A program made the translations under genes and the position numbers. Below, piece by piece: positions 38,385 to 49,539 of a DNA stretch of 64,000 nucleotides (position 1 is the stretch's first letter; every line of letters begins with the position of its first letter). Origin of the DNA: Mobula hypostoma (Eukaryota). The stretch lies in assembly GCF_963921235.1 (NCBI RefSeq), contig NC_086097.1, positions 230,642,001-230,706,000 of the forward strand, read 5' to 3'. The notes below the pieces were generated by a model, which saw nothing but the letters and a program-made list of their open reading frames with translations, did no database searches and had not been told where the DNA came from.

Positions 38385-38935
38385 TTGGACCATAAAACGT
38401 AGTAGTAGAATTAGGCCTTTCAGCCCATAAGGTCTTTTCCATCATGGCTGATTTATTAACCCCTTCAGCCCCATTCTCCTGCCTTCTCCCCAGAACCTTT
38501 AATGCCCTTATTAGTCAAGAACCTTTAAAACAGCCAAACACTTGGCCTCCACAGTTGTCTGTGGCAATGAATTTCACAGATTTACCACCCACTGGCTGAA
38601 GAAATTCTTCCTCATCTCTGTTTTAAAGGGATGTCCTTTGGTTCTGAGACTGTGCCTCTGGTCCTACACTCTGCCACTATAGGAAACATCTTCCCCCACA
38701 TCCACTATCTAGACCTATGAATATTCAATAGGTTTCAATGAGATCCCCCCCCCACTTCTAAATTCCAGCAAATACAGGACCAGAGCCATCCAAGGCTCCT
38801 CATATTGTTAATTCTTTCATTCCTCGTTAACCTCATCTGGACCCTCTCCAATGCCAGCACATCCTTTGATAGATAAGGGGCTGAAAGTGGCTCTCAGTAT
38901 TTCAAGTGCTGTGTGACATGTGCCTTATTAAGCCA
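38385..38935 (-). mobile_element. CR1 3' fragment
   Basis: Similar to 11715-12190 and 41290-41890, with the CR1 3' UTR and ORF2 end. Confidence 0.75.
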
Positions 38936-39030
38936 TGCTTCATGTTTGAATCCACTGAAATAGGAAGCTGCAGTTGGCAGCAACATTCTATGCGGATTTC
39001 TACTTAAACCTGTTTTGTTTCCTGTTCCAG

Positions 39031-39108
39031 AGGAAGTTTGCCCTCAGACTTTGGAAGAGCTTGCAGAACTTCCATTTTTTGAGACTGATATTAAAGAACT
39101 GATTGCAG
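39031..39108 (+). CDS. AKAP7: Coding exon of an A-kinase anchor protein 7 (long isoform)-like gene, N-terminal region
   Basis: Pyrimidine tract plus CAG acceptor and a GTGAGA donor. 78 bp, phase 1-1. Encodes EVCPQTLEELAELPFFETDIKELIA, resembling human AKAP7-gamma (from memory) EFEANTMDSLVDMPFATVDIQD. Splices in frame to 63304. Confidence 0.7.
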
Positions 39109-39609
39109 GTGAGATTTCGTACCTCCGTCCAAATGTCTGATTCAGCTTAAACAAAAATAGTATTTCTTTTCGAGTGGTAATGTTTAGGAATTTGTCATTT
39201 GTGATGTGAAGACTTTAATTATGGATGTTATTGCCCTTTTAGTTGATATTTTGTGTCATGAAGCAAAGAAAGAAATGGGCAGAAAGTTGAGGCTGAACTA
39301 TAATGCTATATCCTTGTCACAGCTCCTTGATAAACCAGTGAGTTGTTTTACTTGTCTATTTGGAGAGTTAGTCAATCTACTGCTAAAATTCTGGCTTTTA
39401 TTCAGTAGCCTACTGACAAATCTGAGAAAGGTAAATTGTGAAGAAGTATTTCATCCTAAGGGTATTTTTCATTATGTTGTGTGTCACTGTCAAAATGCAG
39501 TGTGGTAGGATGTGACAAAATGAAGTAATTCAGAGCTGGGTATTTGTGATGGCCAATAGAATAGGGTTTTGTGCTGCAAATGTCTATAATCCTGGCCCAT
39601 CATTCTATA

Positions 39610-39770
39610 TTCCTCATTCCTCCATCACAGTCTTCCTCATTCCTCCATCACAGTCTTCCTCATTCCTCCATCGCAGTCTTCCTCATTCCTCCATCGCAGT
39701 CTTCCTCATTCCTCCATCGCAGTCTTCCTCATTCCTCCATCGCAGTCTTCCTCATTCCTCCATCGCAGTC
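39610..39770. repeat. Minisatellite, 7 x 23 bp
   Basis: Unit TTCCTCATTCCTCCATC(A/G)CAGTC, head-to-tail with no spacers. Confidence 0.95.
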
Positions 39771-40228
39771 TAACTGTTCTGGCTCAACAAGGAATATAAA
39801 AGGTTGTCACATTAACCTTGCTGAAACAAAATAAAGGGGCAAAGCTATATTGTAGGGCTATGTGCATGCTCAAAGCAAAATGTATATAAGTTTGACAGTT
39901 CTAAGTGATCAGTATCATATCAAATCCACACTCTGCAGTCTTGTTGTATCTATTCGTAAAATAATCTGAGGAACTGAACAACCAACAGATGGTGGGAACT
40001 TCATGGGCCTCTTTGTGGATTCGGAGTTCCATGCTTGACTTCAAAAGACCAGAAGCTTGAGTGTTTGATTTTGATCGCAGCGGCGTTGAGTGGGTAAAGT
40101 TTCAGCGCCTCTTTCTGTACTCGCTGCTGTTTCCACCAAAGCCATTAATTCCACATGGCATCCAGAAACATGTGAAACAGGGTGAAGGCTATGGACATGG
40201 TTGACATCTCAACTTGTATGCTGTAGAA

Positions 40229-41027
40229 CAGCAGTTCCCTACCACCGGGCCACAAAGCATGTGCTACCAGGCAGCGAGGAAACGGTATGAGTCAGCTGCA
40301 CCTTTCCTCATTCCCTGTCACACACTGTTGAACTTGAACATAGGGTTGCCAACTGTCCCGTGTTTGCCGGGACATCCCGCATATTGGGCTAAATTGGTTT
40401 GTCCCATACCGGACTGCCCTTGTCCTGTATTTCCCCCGCAAAGGTAGAGCGTTGCCCCCGCTAAGGTAGAGTGTTTCTATGAAACCTTTCGTGCCGAAAT
40501 GGCGTAAAGTGAAGAAGCAGTTACCATTAATTTACATGGGAAAAATTTTTGAGCATTCCCAGACCCAAAAAAAAACTTACCAAATCATACCAAATAACAC
40601 ATAAAACCGGAAAAAAAAATAACACTAACTTATGGTAAAAGCAGGAATGATATGATAAATACACGGCCTATATAAAGTAGAAATATTGCATGCACAGTAT
40701 AGTCGGGAAGATGAAGGCAAAACCGATTTGTGGGGGGAGAAAGATCGGCACGTACGCGCATGCGCACAACACACGCGCACACAGGTGCCCGCGCAAGGCT
40801 TCATGGTCATGGTAGTCTTTCCTGGAGTAAGTGTCCCGGGATTTGACTGCTACTTTTGTCCCTTATTTGGGAGTGAGAAAGTTGGCAACCCTAACTGTAA
40901 AAGACATGTTGAGATGAGTTTAACCCTACTTGAACTCCCCCCCCCCCCCCCCACCGGCTCGGCCGGTCCACAAGAATATTGTCAATCTTAAACAGGTCGG
41001 TGGTGCAAAAAAGGTTGGGGACCCCTG
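40229..41027. mobile_element. hAT (Charlie-like) MITE enclosing a second TIR pair
   Basis: Outer ends CAGCAGTTCCCTACC / GGTTGGGGACCCCTG with TSD CTGTAGAA / CTGTAAAA (7/8 match). Inner perfect 14-bp TIRs TAGGGTTGCCAACT (40341) / AGTTGGCAACCCTA (ends 40893). Confidence 0.75.
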
Positions 41028-41289
41028 CTGTAAAAGTTTCAATTCCAAGGAAGCAATAACACCTTAGTCTAATGACAGGACTGACCTAGGTGAATTCTGG
41101 CACTTGCTTCACACAGTAGATTAATCCACTCGGCCAATATACTATCCAGCATTTAGTAAAGTGGAATGTTCACCAGTGCTATCCAACAAAGCACAGTTGG
41201 AAGGTTGCTTCTAAGCATAGTTAGATGATGAGGTCTATGGCTCATGACCTCATTGTAGCTTTAGGTATTAAAATAAAAATGAATGTGAA

Positions 41290-41890
41290 TTCTATTGACC
41301 AGAAGAATCAGGGGCAGAATCGGGCCATTTGGCCCATCGAGTCTCTTCCGCCACTTATTCATAGCTGATCCATTTCCCTCAAGCCCCAATCCCCTGCCTC
41401 CTCCCTTTAACCCGACATGCCCTGACTAATCAAGAACCCATCAGCATCTGCCTTAAATATACTGAACGACTTGGCTTCTACAGCCACCTGTGGCAATGAA
41501 TTCCACAGATTCACCACCCTTTGGCTAAAGAAAGTCCCTCTTATTTCCGTTCAAAATAGATGACTCTATTTCAAGGCTGTGTCCTCTAGTCTTAGACTCC
41601 CCCATCATAGGATCCATCCTCTCCTCATCCTCGCTATCAAGGCCTTCCAACATTCAACAGGTTTTAATGAGATCTGCCCTCATTCTTCTGAATTCCAGTG
41701 AGTATAGGCCGAGAACCATTAAACACTTCTCATATGACAACCCTGGAATCATCTTCATGAATCCCTGAAACCTCTTCAACGTCAGCACATCCCTTTTTGG
41801 ATAAGGAGCCCAAAACTACTCTAAATACCCAGAGTGAGGCCTCACTAGTGCCTTATGAGCCTCAAAATTACATCCCTGCTTTTATATTGC
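41290..41890 (-). mobile_element. CR1 3' fragment
   Basis: Reverse-complement CR1 ORF2 end and 3' UTR. Confidence 0.75.
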
Positions 41891-43075
41891 TGAAGTTCAT
41901 GTTACTGTTCTTATAAGGTAATGTGGCTTTTATAAAATTCAGGGGAAAAAAAAGTCTTTGGGAATGCAATAGTTCCAGAAGGCACTATCCCAAAACTGTT
42001 ATCTTCAACTGCTTAATTAATCTTTCCTGCATTTGAAAGCCAGAAGAGATTCAACTGACATTTACAATGTTCATCCACTCATTTAGTAATTCCTCAGGTA
42101 GTGAAGCAGTGCTTGTGTGAAGCAAGATCCTGATGGTGTTCAGGCTTGACCGATAGTATCTTAAGTGCCTGTTAGTGGTTGTCCTTGAGTAGGATCCTAA
42201 TTGCTTTCTAAATATTACTGTTTAATCTTGGATTGCACTATCGTCCAGAAACACAACTTCAATAGCCTCGAGTGCCCTGGTTACTGTAAATGTTCACAGC
42301 CTGAGTTTGTGCTTTCAAGTGATTCACCTTCTGCTTCCCAGAATCTCCGTCAGAAGATGCATTTTAATTAATTACTCTCTAATTCACTTCGGAGGTATGT
42401 TTGATCATGAGGCCATGATTGATCTATATTGACCAAAATGCTATGTAAGACCATAGGAGTCTGTTAAAGCAACTTCCTGAAAATAAAAAAAGACAGCACA
42501 TTAAATAAGATGCAGTTATTTTCTTTTACAAACAAGATTAACTCGAGGACACAATTTATGTAATCTGTTTTCTTCAGTCTGATTGTGGAATTTGACTATT
42601 TCAAATTGCTGATAGTCTTTCCATCAAAAGCAACCATGTTATCCTTTTTCACAGAAGGGGTTTAGTTGGATTGAGATGCACGGCTATGAGGCAGAAACTG
42701 AACACAGATGGAACATAGAGTGGTTTGTGTTGATCAATTATCATGGACATAATTCCTTGGTTATCAAAGGAAGAGTTTAGAATAAATCTTGGAAACAGGC
42801 TACAGTAGAGGCAGGGCCTGATTAGCAAAGTGAGTTGTGTGCAGAATCAAAGTAGGAGCTATTGGTGTGGAAGCTGAAGTTACAGAGTTTATAAACTAAG
42901 ACTATTAGATAACAAAAGCTGCAGCAGTGCTTGGGTTGTTTAGTTTATTGTGGTGTGGTATTTACTGACTTCCTATAGTAAATTTGATAGTTTTTAATGT
43001 TATGTAGAAATGGTACAATTAATAGTGTTACTTGGTTTCAGTAAACTTACGAAGAGTTCTGAGTTGTGACGCTCA

Positions 43076-43167
43076 ATCTCAATTGGTTACTCCATCCAGA
43101 AAGGTCCGGAGAAGAGTACGGATCTCAATTGGTTACTCCATCCAGAAAGGTCTGGAGAAGAGTACGG
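43076..43167. repeat. 46-bp tandem duplication
   Basis: ATCTCAATTGGTTACTCCATCCAGAAAGGTC(C/T)GGAGAAGAGTACGG occurs twice. Confidence 0.95.
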
Positions 43168-43169
43168 AT

Positions 43170-43590
43170 AACAAGTCGTGGCTATCCCTCAAGGTCCAGG
43201 ATGGTGGTCTTTGTTCTGTTGATCTACTTATGGGCTGTCAATTGGCTTATGAGTCCAATCTTGGCTTTGAAAGTTCTTCCGCATTCAGGACAGGTAGTTC
43301 CAGATGGCAGATCGGGCTTTGGTTGGTGCTGCCTCTCTTTCCATTTTTTCTTTTTTTCCTTCTAATTCTGCACATCTGTTGGCTTTGAAAGTTGCTGTTC
43401 CTTCTCGGATGATGGCTTGCCAGAGTTTCCTGTCCTTGGCATTGGTTTCCCAATTGTTGATGTCGATGTTACATTTCTCCATGTTGGCTTTTAAGATGTC
43501 TTTGAATCTCTTCTGTTGTCCACTTCTTTTACGTTTGCCTTCTTTAATCTGGGAGTAGAAGATTTGTTTTGGCAGACTTTCATCCGAACA
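43170..43590 (-). mobile_element. RTE-clade LINE 3' fragment
   Basis: LPKQIFYSQIKEGKRKRSGQQKRFKDILKANMEKCNID..WETNAKDRKLW, plus a CPECGRTFKAKIGL zinc-finger-like end. Confidence 0.8.
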
Positions 43591-43609
43591 GCATGACAAC
43601 AAGTATCAG

Positions 43610-44650
43610 GCAGGACAACCCATGCAAACCAATACAAAAGGGATAAGTTGCACTTGAATCCGAAGGGAGCCAATGTTCTTGCAGGCAGATTTACTAGAGT
43701 TGTTGGGAATGATTTGAACTAATATGGCAGGGGGGATGGGAAACAATTTCCCCCGGGATCAATAAAGTATGACTATGACTATAACACTATGAAGGAGCTG
43801 AGGATGAGCTAGCAGATTCACAAGTAGATGATGAGTATAACATAAATGTAAGGAAGAAAAAGCCAGTGACTGGGTACAAATGCAGACAGAGCAAAGAGTT
43901 AAATTGTAGCACAGGGGCAAAATTCAAAAGGGTGAAGAATGCGGGACTGTACTTAAATGCGCATAGCATTCAGAATGATGTGGACGAACTCGTGGCGCAA
44001 TTACAGATTGGTTGGTATGACATTGTGGGCATCCTTGAGTCGTGGTTGAAAGAAGGTTATAGTTGGGAGCTTAACATCAAAGGATATACCTTGTATCGAA
44101 AGAACAGCCAGGAAGGCATATGCAGTAGTATATCTCTGTTGGTGAGAGACTGAATTATCTTCAGAAAGAGGTGACATAGGGTCAGAGAATGTTGAATCTT
44201 TGTGGGCAGAGTTGAGAAATTGCAAGGGGAAGAAAATCATCATGGAAATCCAAGTAGTAGCCAAGATGTGACGTTGAGATTGCAAAGGGAGCTGGAAAAG
44301 TCGTGTAATACAGGTAATGTCACAATTGTAATGGAGGACTTCAATGTGCAAGAGGATTGGGAAAATCAGGCTGGTGTTGGATCACAAGAGAGGGAACTTG
44401 TTGAATGTCTTTAAGATGGCTTTTTAGAGCAGCTTGTGCTTGAGCCTACTTGGGGAAAGGCCATCTTAGATTGGGTGTTATGTAATAACCCAGATCTTAT
44501 TAGAGAGTTTAATGTAAAGGAACTCTTTGGATGTAGTGATCTTAATATAATTGAATTCCTACTGCAATTTGAGAGGGAGAAGCGTAAGTCACATGTATCA
44601 GTATTACAATGGAATAAAGGGAATTACAGGGGCATAAGAGAGGAGCTTTT
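43610..44650 (+). mobile_element. Decayed CR1: ORF1 end and APE endonuclease region
   Basis: YKRDKLHLNPKGANVLAGRF, then LYLNAHSIQN...YDIVGILESWL, MEDFN and AILDWVL. Confidence 0.85.
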
Positions 44651-45383
44651 AATAAGCTTTTAATAAGAGAGCAGTTAGGGAACTGGAGCAGGAGCTGGAT
44701 GACCTGCGGATCATTTGGAAGAATGAGGAACTTATAGATCGTAGCTTCAGGGAGGTAGTTACGCCAAAGGAGCGGTACACGGGTAATTGGGTCACTGTCA
44801 GGTGAGGGGAGGGGAAAGGGCAGGCGGAGCAGGGTTCCCCTGTGGCCATTCCCCTCAACAACAAGTATACCGATTTGGGTACTGTTGAGGGGGATGACTT
44901 ACCTGGGACAAGCTGCGGCAGCCAGATTCTGGCACTGAGTCTGGTTCTGCAGTGCAGAAGGGAGGGTAGAAGAAGAGGAGAGCGGTGGTGATAGGGGACT
45001 CGATAGTTAAGAGTTACAGACAGGATGTTCTGTGGTCGTGACAGAGACTTCCGGATGGTTTGTTGCCTCCTGGGTGCCAGGGTCAGGGATGTCTCTGATC
45101 GCGTGCACAGCATTCTGAAATGGGAGGGTGATCAGCCAGATGTCGTGGTACACGTCGGTACTAATGATGTAGGAAGAGAGTGAGTATAGAGAGCTTGAAG
45201 TTAAAAAGCAGGACCTCAAGGGTGGTAATTTCAGGATTGCTACTTGTTGTACGTGCCAGTGAGGGTAAGAATAGGATGCTCTGGCGGATGAACACGTGGC
45301 TGAGGAACTGGTGTAGGGGGCAAGATTTCAGATTTCAGGACCATTAGGACCTCTTCTGGGGCAGGTGGGACCTGTACAAGAGA

Positions 45384-48300
45384 AACAATAGACAATAGGT
45401 GCAGGAGAAGGCCATTCGGCCCTTCGAGCCAGCACCGCCATTCACTGTGATCATGGCTGATCATCCACAATCAGTATCCAATTCCTGCCTTATCCCCATT
45501 ACCTTTGATTCTGCTATCTTTAAGAGCTCTATCCATCTCTTTCTTGAAAGCACCCAGAGACTTGGCCTCCACAGGCTTCTGGGGCAGAGCATTCCATATA
45601 TCCACCACTGTCTGACTGAAAAAGTTTTTCCTCAACTCCGTTCTAAATGGCCTACCCCTTATTCTTAAACTGTGGCCTCTGGTTCTGAACTCACCCATCA
45701 GCGGGAACATGCTTCCTGCCTCCAGCGTGTCCAATCCTTTAATAATCTTAAATGTTTCAATAAGATCCCCTCTCAGCCTTCTAAATTCCAGAGTATACAA
45801 GCCCAGTTGCTCCAATCTTTCGACATATGACAGTCCCACCATCCTGGAAATTAACCTTGTGAATCTACGCTGCACTCCCTCAATAGCAAGAATGTCCTTC
45901 CTCAAATTTGGAGACCAAAACTGCACACAGTACTCCAGGTGTGGTCTCACCAGGGCCCTGTACAGCTGCAGAAGGACCTCTTTGCTCTCGTACTCAATTC
46001 CCCTTGTTATGAAGGCCAGCATGCCATTAACTTTCTCCACAGCCTGCTGTACTTGCATGCTTGCTTTCAGTGACTGATGTACAAGAACACCTAGATCTCA
46101 TTGTACTTCCCCTTTTCCTAACTTGACTCCATTTAGATAATAATCTGCCTTCCTGTTCTTACCACCAAAGTGGATAACCTCACATTTATCCACATTAAAT
46201 TGCATCTACCCACTCACCCAGCCTGTCTAAGTCACCCTGCATTCTCATAACATCCTCCTCACATTTCACACTGCCACCCAGCTTTGTGTCATCGGCAAAT
46301 TTGCTAATGTTACTTTTAATTCCCTCATCTAAATCATTAATATATATTGTAAACAGCTGCGGTCCCAGCACTGAACCCTGAGGTACCCCACTGGTCACCG
46401 CCTGCCATTCCGAAAGGGACCCGTTAATCGCTACTCTTTGTTTTCTGTCAGCCAGCCAATTTTCAATCCATGTCAGTACTCTGCCCCCAATACCATGTGC
46501 CCTAATTTTGCCCACTAATCTCCTATGTGGGACTTTATCAAAGGCTTTCTGGAAGTCCTGGTACACTACATCCACTGGCTCTCCCTTGTCCTTTTTCATA
46601 GTTACATCCTCAAAAAATTCCAGAAGATTAGTCAAGCACGATTTCCCCTTTGTAAATCCATGCTGACTCGGACCAATCCTGTTACTGCTATCCAGATGTG
46701 TCGTAATTTCATCTTTTATAATTGACTCCAGCATCTTTCCCACCACCAACGTCAGGCTAACAGGTCTATAATTCCCTGTTTTCTCTCTTCCTCCCTTCTT
46801 GAAGAGAGGGACAACATTAGCCACCCTCCAATCCACAGGAACTGATCCTGAATCTATAGAACATTGGAAAATGATTACCAATGTGTCCTCGATTTCTAAA
46901 GCCACCTCCTTAAGTACCCTGGGATGCAGACCATCAGGTCCCGGGGACTTATCAGCCTTCAGACCGAACGGCCTATCCAACACCATTTCCTGCCTAATAT
47001 AAATTTCCTTCAGTTCATCCATTACCCTAGGTCCTTTGGCCACTATTATATCTGGGAAATTGTTTGTGTCTTCCCTAGTGAAGACGGATCTAAAGTACCT
47101 GTTCAACTCCTCTGCCATTTCCTCGTTCCCCATAATAAATTCACCCGCTTCTGTCTTCAAGGGCCCAATTTTGGTCTTAACTATTTTTTTTCCTTTTCAC
47201 ATACCTAAAGAAGCTTTTACTATCCTCCTTTATATTCTTGGCTAGTTTACCTCCGTACCTCATTTTTTCCTCCGCGTATTGCCTTTTTAGTTACCTTCAA
47301 TTGCTCTTTAAAAGTTTCCCAATCCTCCGGCTTCCCACTTGTCTTTGCTATGTTATACTTCTTCTCTTTTATTTTTATACTGTCCATTACTTCCCTTGTC
47401 AGCCACGGCCTCCCCTTACTCCCCTTAGGATCTTTCTTCCTCTTTGGAACGAACTGATCCCTGCACCTTCCGCATTATTCCCAGAAACACTTGCCATTGC
47501 TGTTCCACTGTCATCCCTGCGAGGGTATTGTTCCATTGAACTTTGGCCAGCTCCTCCCTCATAGCACCATAGTTCCCTTTGTTCAACTGTAATACTGACA
47601 CTTCCGAGTTTCCCTTCTCCCTCTCAAATTGTAGATTAAAACTTATCATATTATGGTCACTACCTCCTAATGGCTCCTTTACCTCGAGGTCCCTGATCAA
47701 ATCCGGTTCATTGTACAACACTAAATCTAGAATTGTGTTCTCTCTGGTAGGCTCCAGTACAAGCTGTTCTAAGAATCCATCTCGGAGGGACTCCACAAAC
47801 TCCCTTTCTTGGGTTCCAGTACCAACCTGATTTCTCCAGTCTACCTGCATGTTGAAATCCTCCATAACAACTGTAGCATTACCTTTGCGACATGCCAATT
47901 TTAACTCTTGATTCAACTTACACCCTACATCCAGACTACAGTTTGGGGGCCTGTAGATAACTCCCATTAGGATCTTTCTACCCTTAGAATTTCTCAGTTC
48001 TATCCATACTGACTCTACGTCTCCTGATTCTATGTCCCCCCTCGCAAGGGACTGAATATCATTCCTCACCAACAGAGCCACCTCAACCCCTCTGCCCATC
48101 AGTCTGTCCTTTCGATAGGACGTACACCCTTGAATATTCATTTCCCAGGCCCTGTCCACTTGAAGCCATGTCTCTGTTATTCCCACAACATCATACTTAC
48201 CAATTTCCAGCTGTGCCTCAAGCTCCCCTACTTTATTTCTTATACTCCGTGCATTCATATATAATACTTTTAATTCATTACTCTCCTCACCTCCCATATC

Positions 48301-48884
48301 AATTCCTATTTCACTTGGCCATACTGTACGATCCCTTCTTGAGCTTTCTGCTCTGTTGATTCTGCTGTTTTTCTTAACTTTTCTTATTCTCACTTTCCCT
48401 TTATATTTCCAGTTCGTCCCCTCCCCCCACAACTTAGTTTAAACGCACCCGTGTTGCAGAGGCAAATCTGCCTGTCAGAATGCTGGTGCCCCGCTTATTA
48501 AAGTGCAACCCGTCCCTTTTGTACAATTCATCCTTACCCTGAAACATACCCCAGTGGTCCAAGAATGTAAATCCTTGCTTCCTGCACCAGTTCCTCAGCC
48601 ACACATTCAGATCCATTATCTCCCTGTTCTTGACCACTCCAGCACGAGGAACTGGAAGCAAACCGGAGATAACCACCCTGGAAGTCCTGCTTTAAAGCCT
48701 TCTTCCGAGTTCTCTGAAGTCACGCTGTAGAATGTCTTTCCTCTTCGTCCCCACGTCATTTGTGCTGACATGCACCACCACTTTCAGATGCTCACCTTCA
48801 CTCTTGAGGATTCCCTGCAATCGGTCCGTGACATCCTGGATCCCGGCACCAGGGAGGCAACACACCATCCTTAACTCTTGCCTA
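45384..48884 (-). mobile_element. CR1 LINE (partial ORF1 esterase plus full-span ORF2 with a few frameshifts)
   Basis: ORFs at 48434-48676 (SGNH-type esterase end), 47425-48432 (APE), 46195-47160 and 45471-46058 (RT). (CTATTGT)n tail at ~45385-45398. Confidence 0.95.
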
Positions 48885-49539
48885 TTGCACCTGAACTACA
48901 AGGGGACCAATATCCTTACAGGGAGGTTTGTTAGTGCTATTTGGGGGGGTTTGAACTAGATTTGCAGGATGGTGGGAACCGGAGTGCCAGAACAGATAGT
49001 GGAGCGGGGGTGAAAATACATGATGTTAAAAGTTCATGCAAAGTCACAAATAGAAGAATTGTGTGTGGTGATAATAATCTTCTGAGTTGTCTATTTCAAT
49101 GCAAGGAGTATTGTGGGGAAGGCTGACAAGCTGAGGGCATGGATTGACACATGGAATTACGACAATATAGCCATTAGTGAAACCTGGCTGCAGGTGGGGC
49201 AGGACTGGCAGCTGAATGTTCCAGGGTTCCAATGTTTCAGATGTGATAGAGGCAGAGGAATGAAGGGTGGGGAGATGGCATTGCTAATCAGTGAAAATGT
49301 TACAGCAGTGCTCAGGCAGGACAGATTAGAGAGCTTGTCTACCAAGGCCATATGGGTGGAGCTGAGAAACAGGAAAGGTATAACCACATTAATGACCACC
49401 CAGTAGTCAGCAAGAATTGGAGGAGCAAACCTGCAGAGAGATAGCAGACAATTGCAGGAAACATAAAGTTGTGATAGGGGATTTTAATTTTCCACATATT
49501 GATTTGGAATCCCATACTGTTAAAGGTCTAGACGGGTTA

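Noticed and set aside
39610..39770. CRISPR-like regular repeat
   Set aside because: Units are contiguous with no unique spacers, there are no cas genes, and the context is eukaryotic.
42656..42722. Possible extra AKAP7-like exon after a TTTTTCACAG acceptor
   Set aside because: In-frame TAG in the required phase and a weak donor.
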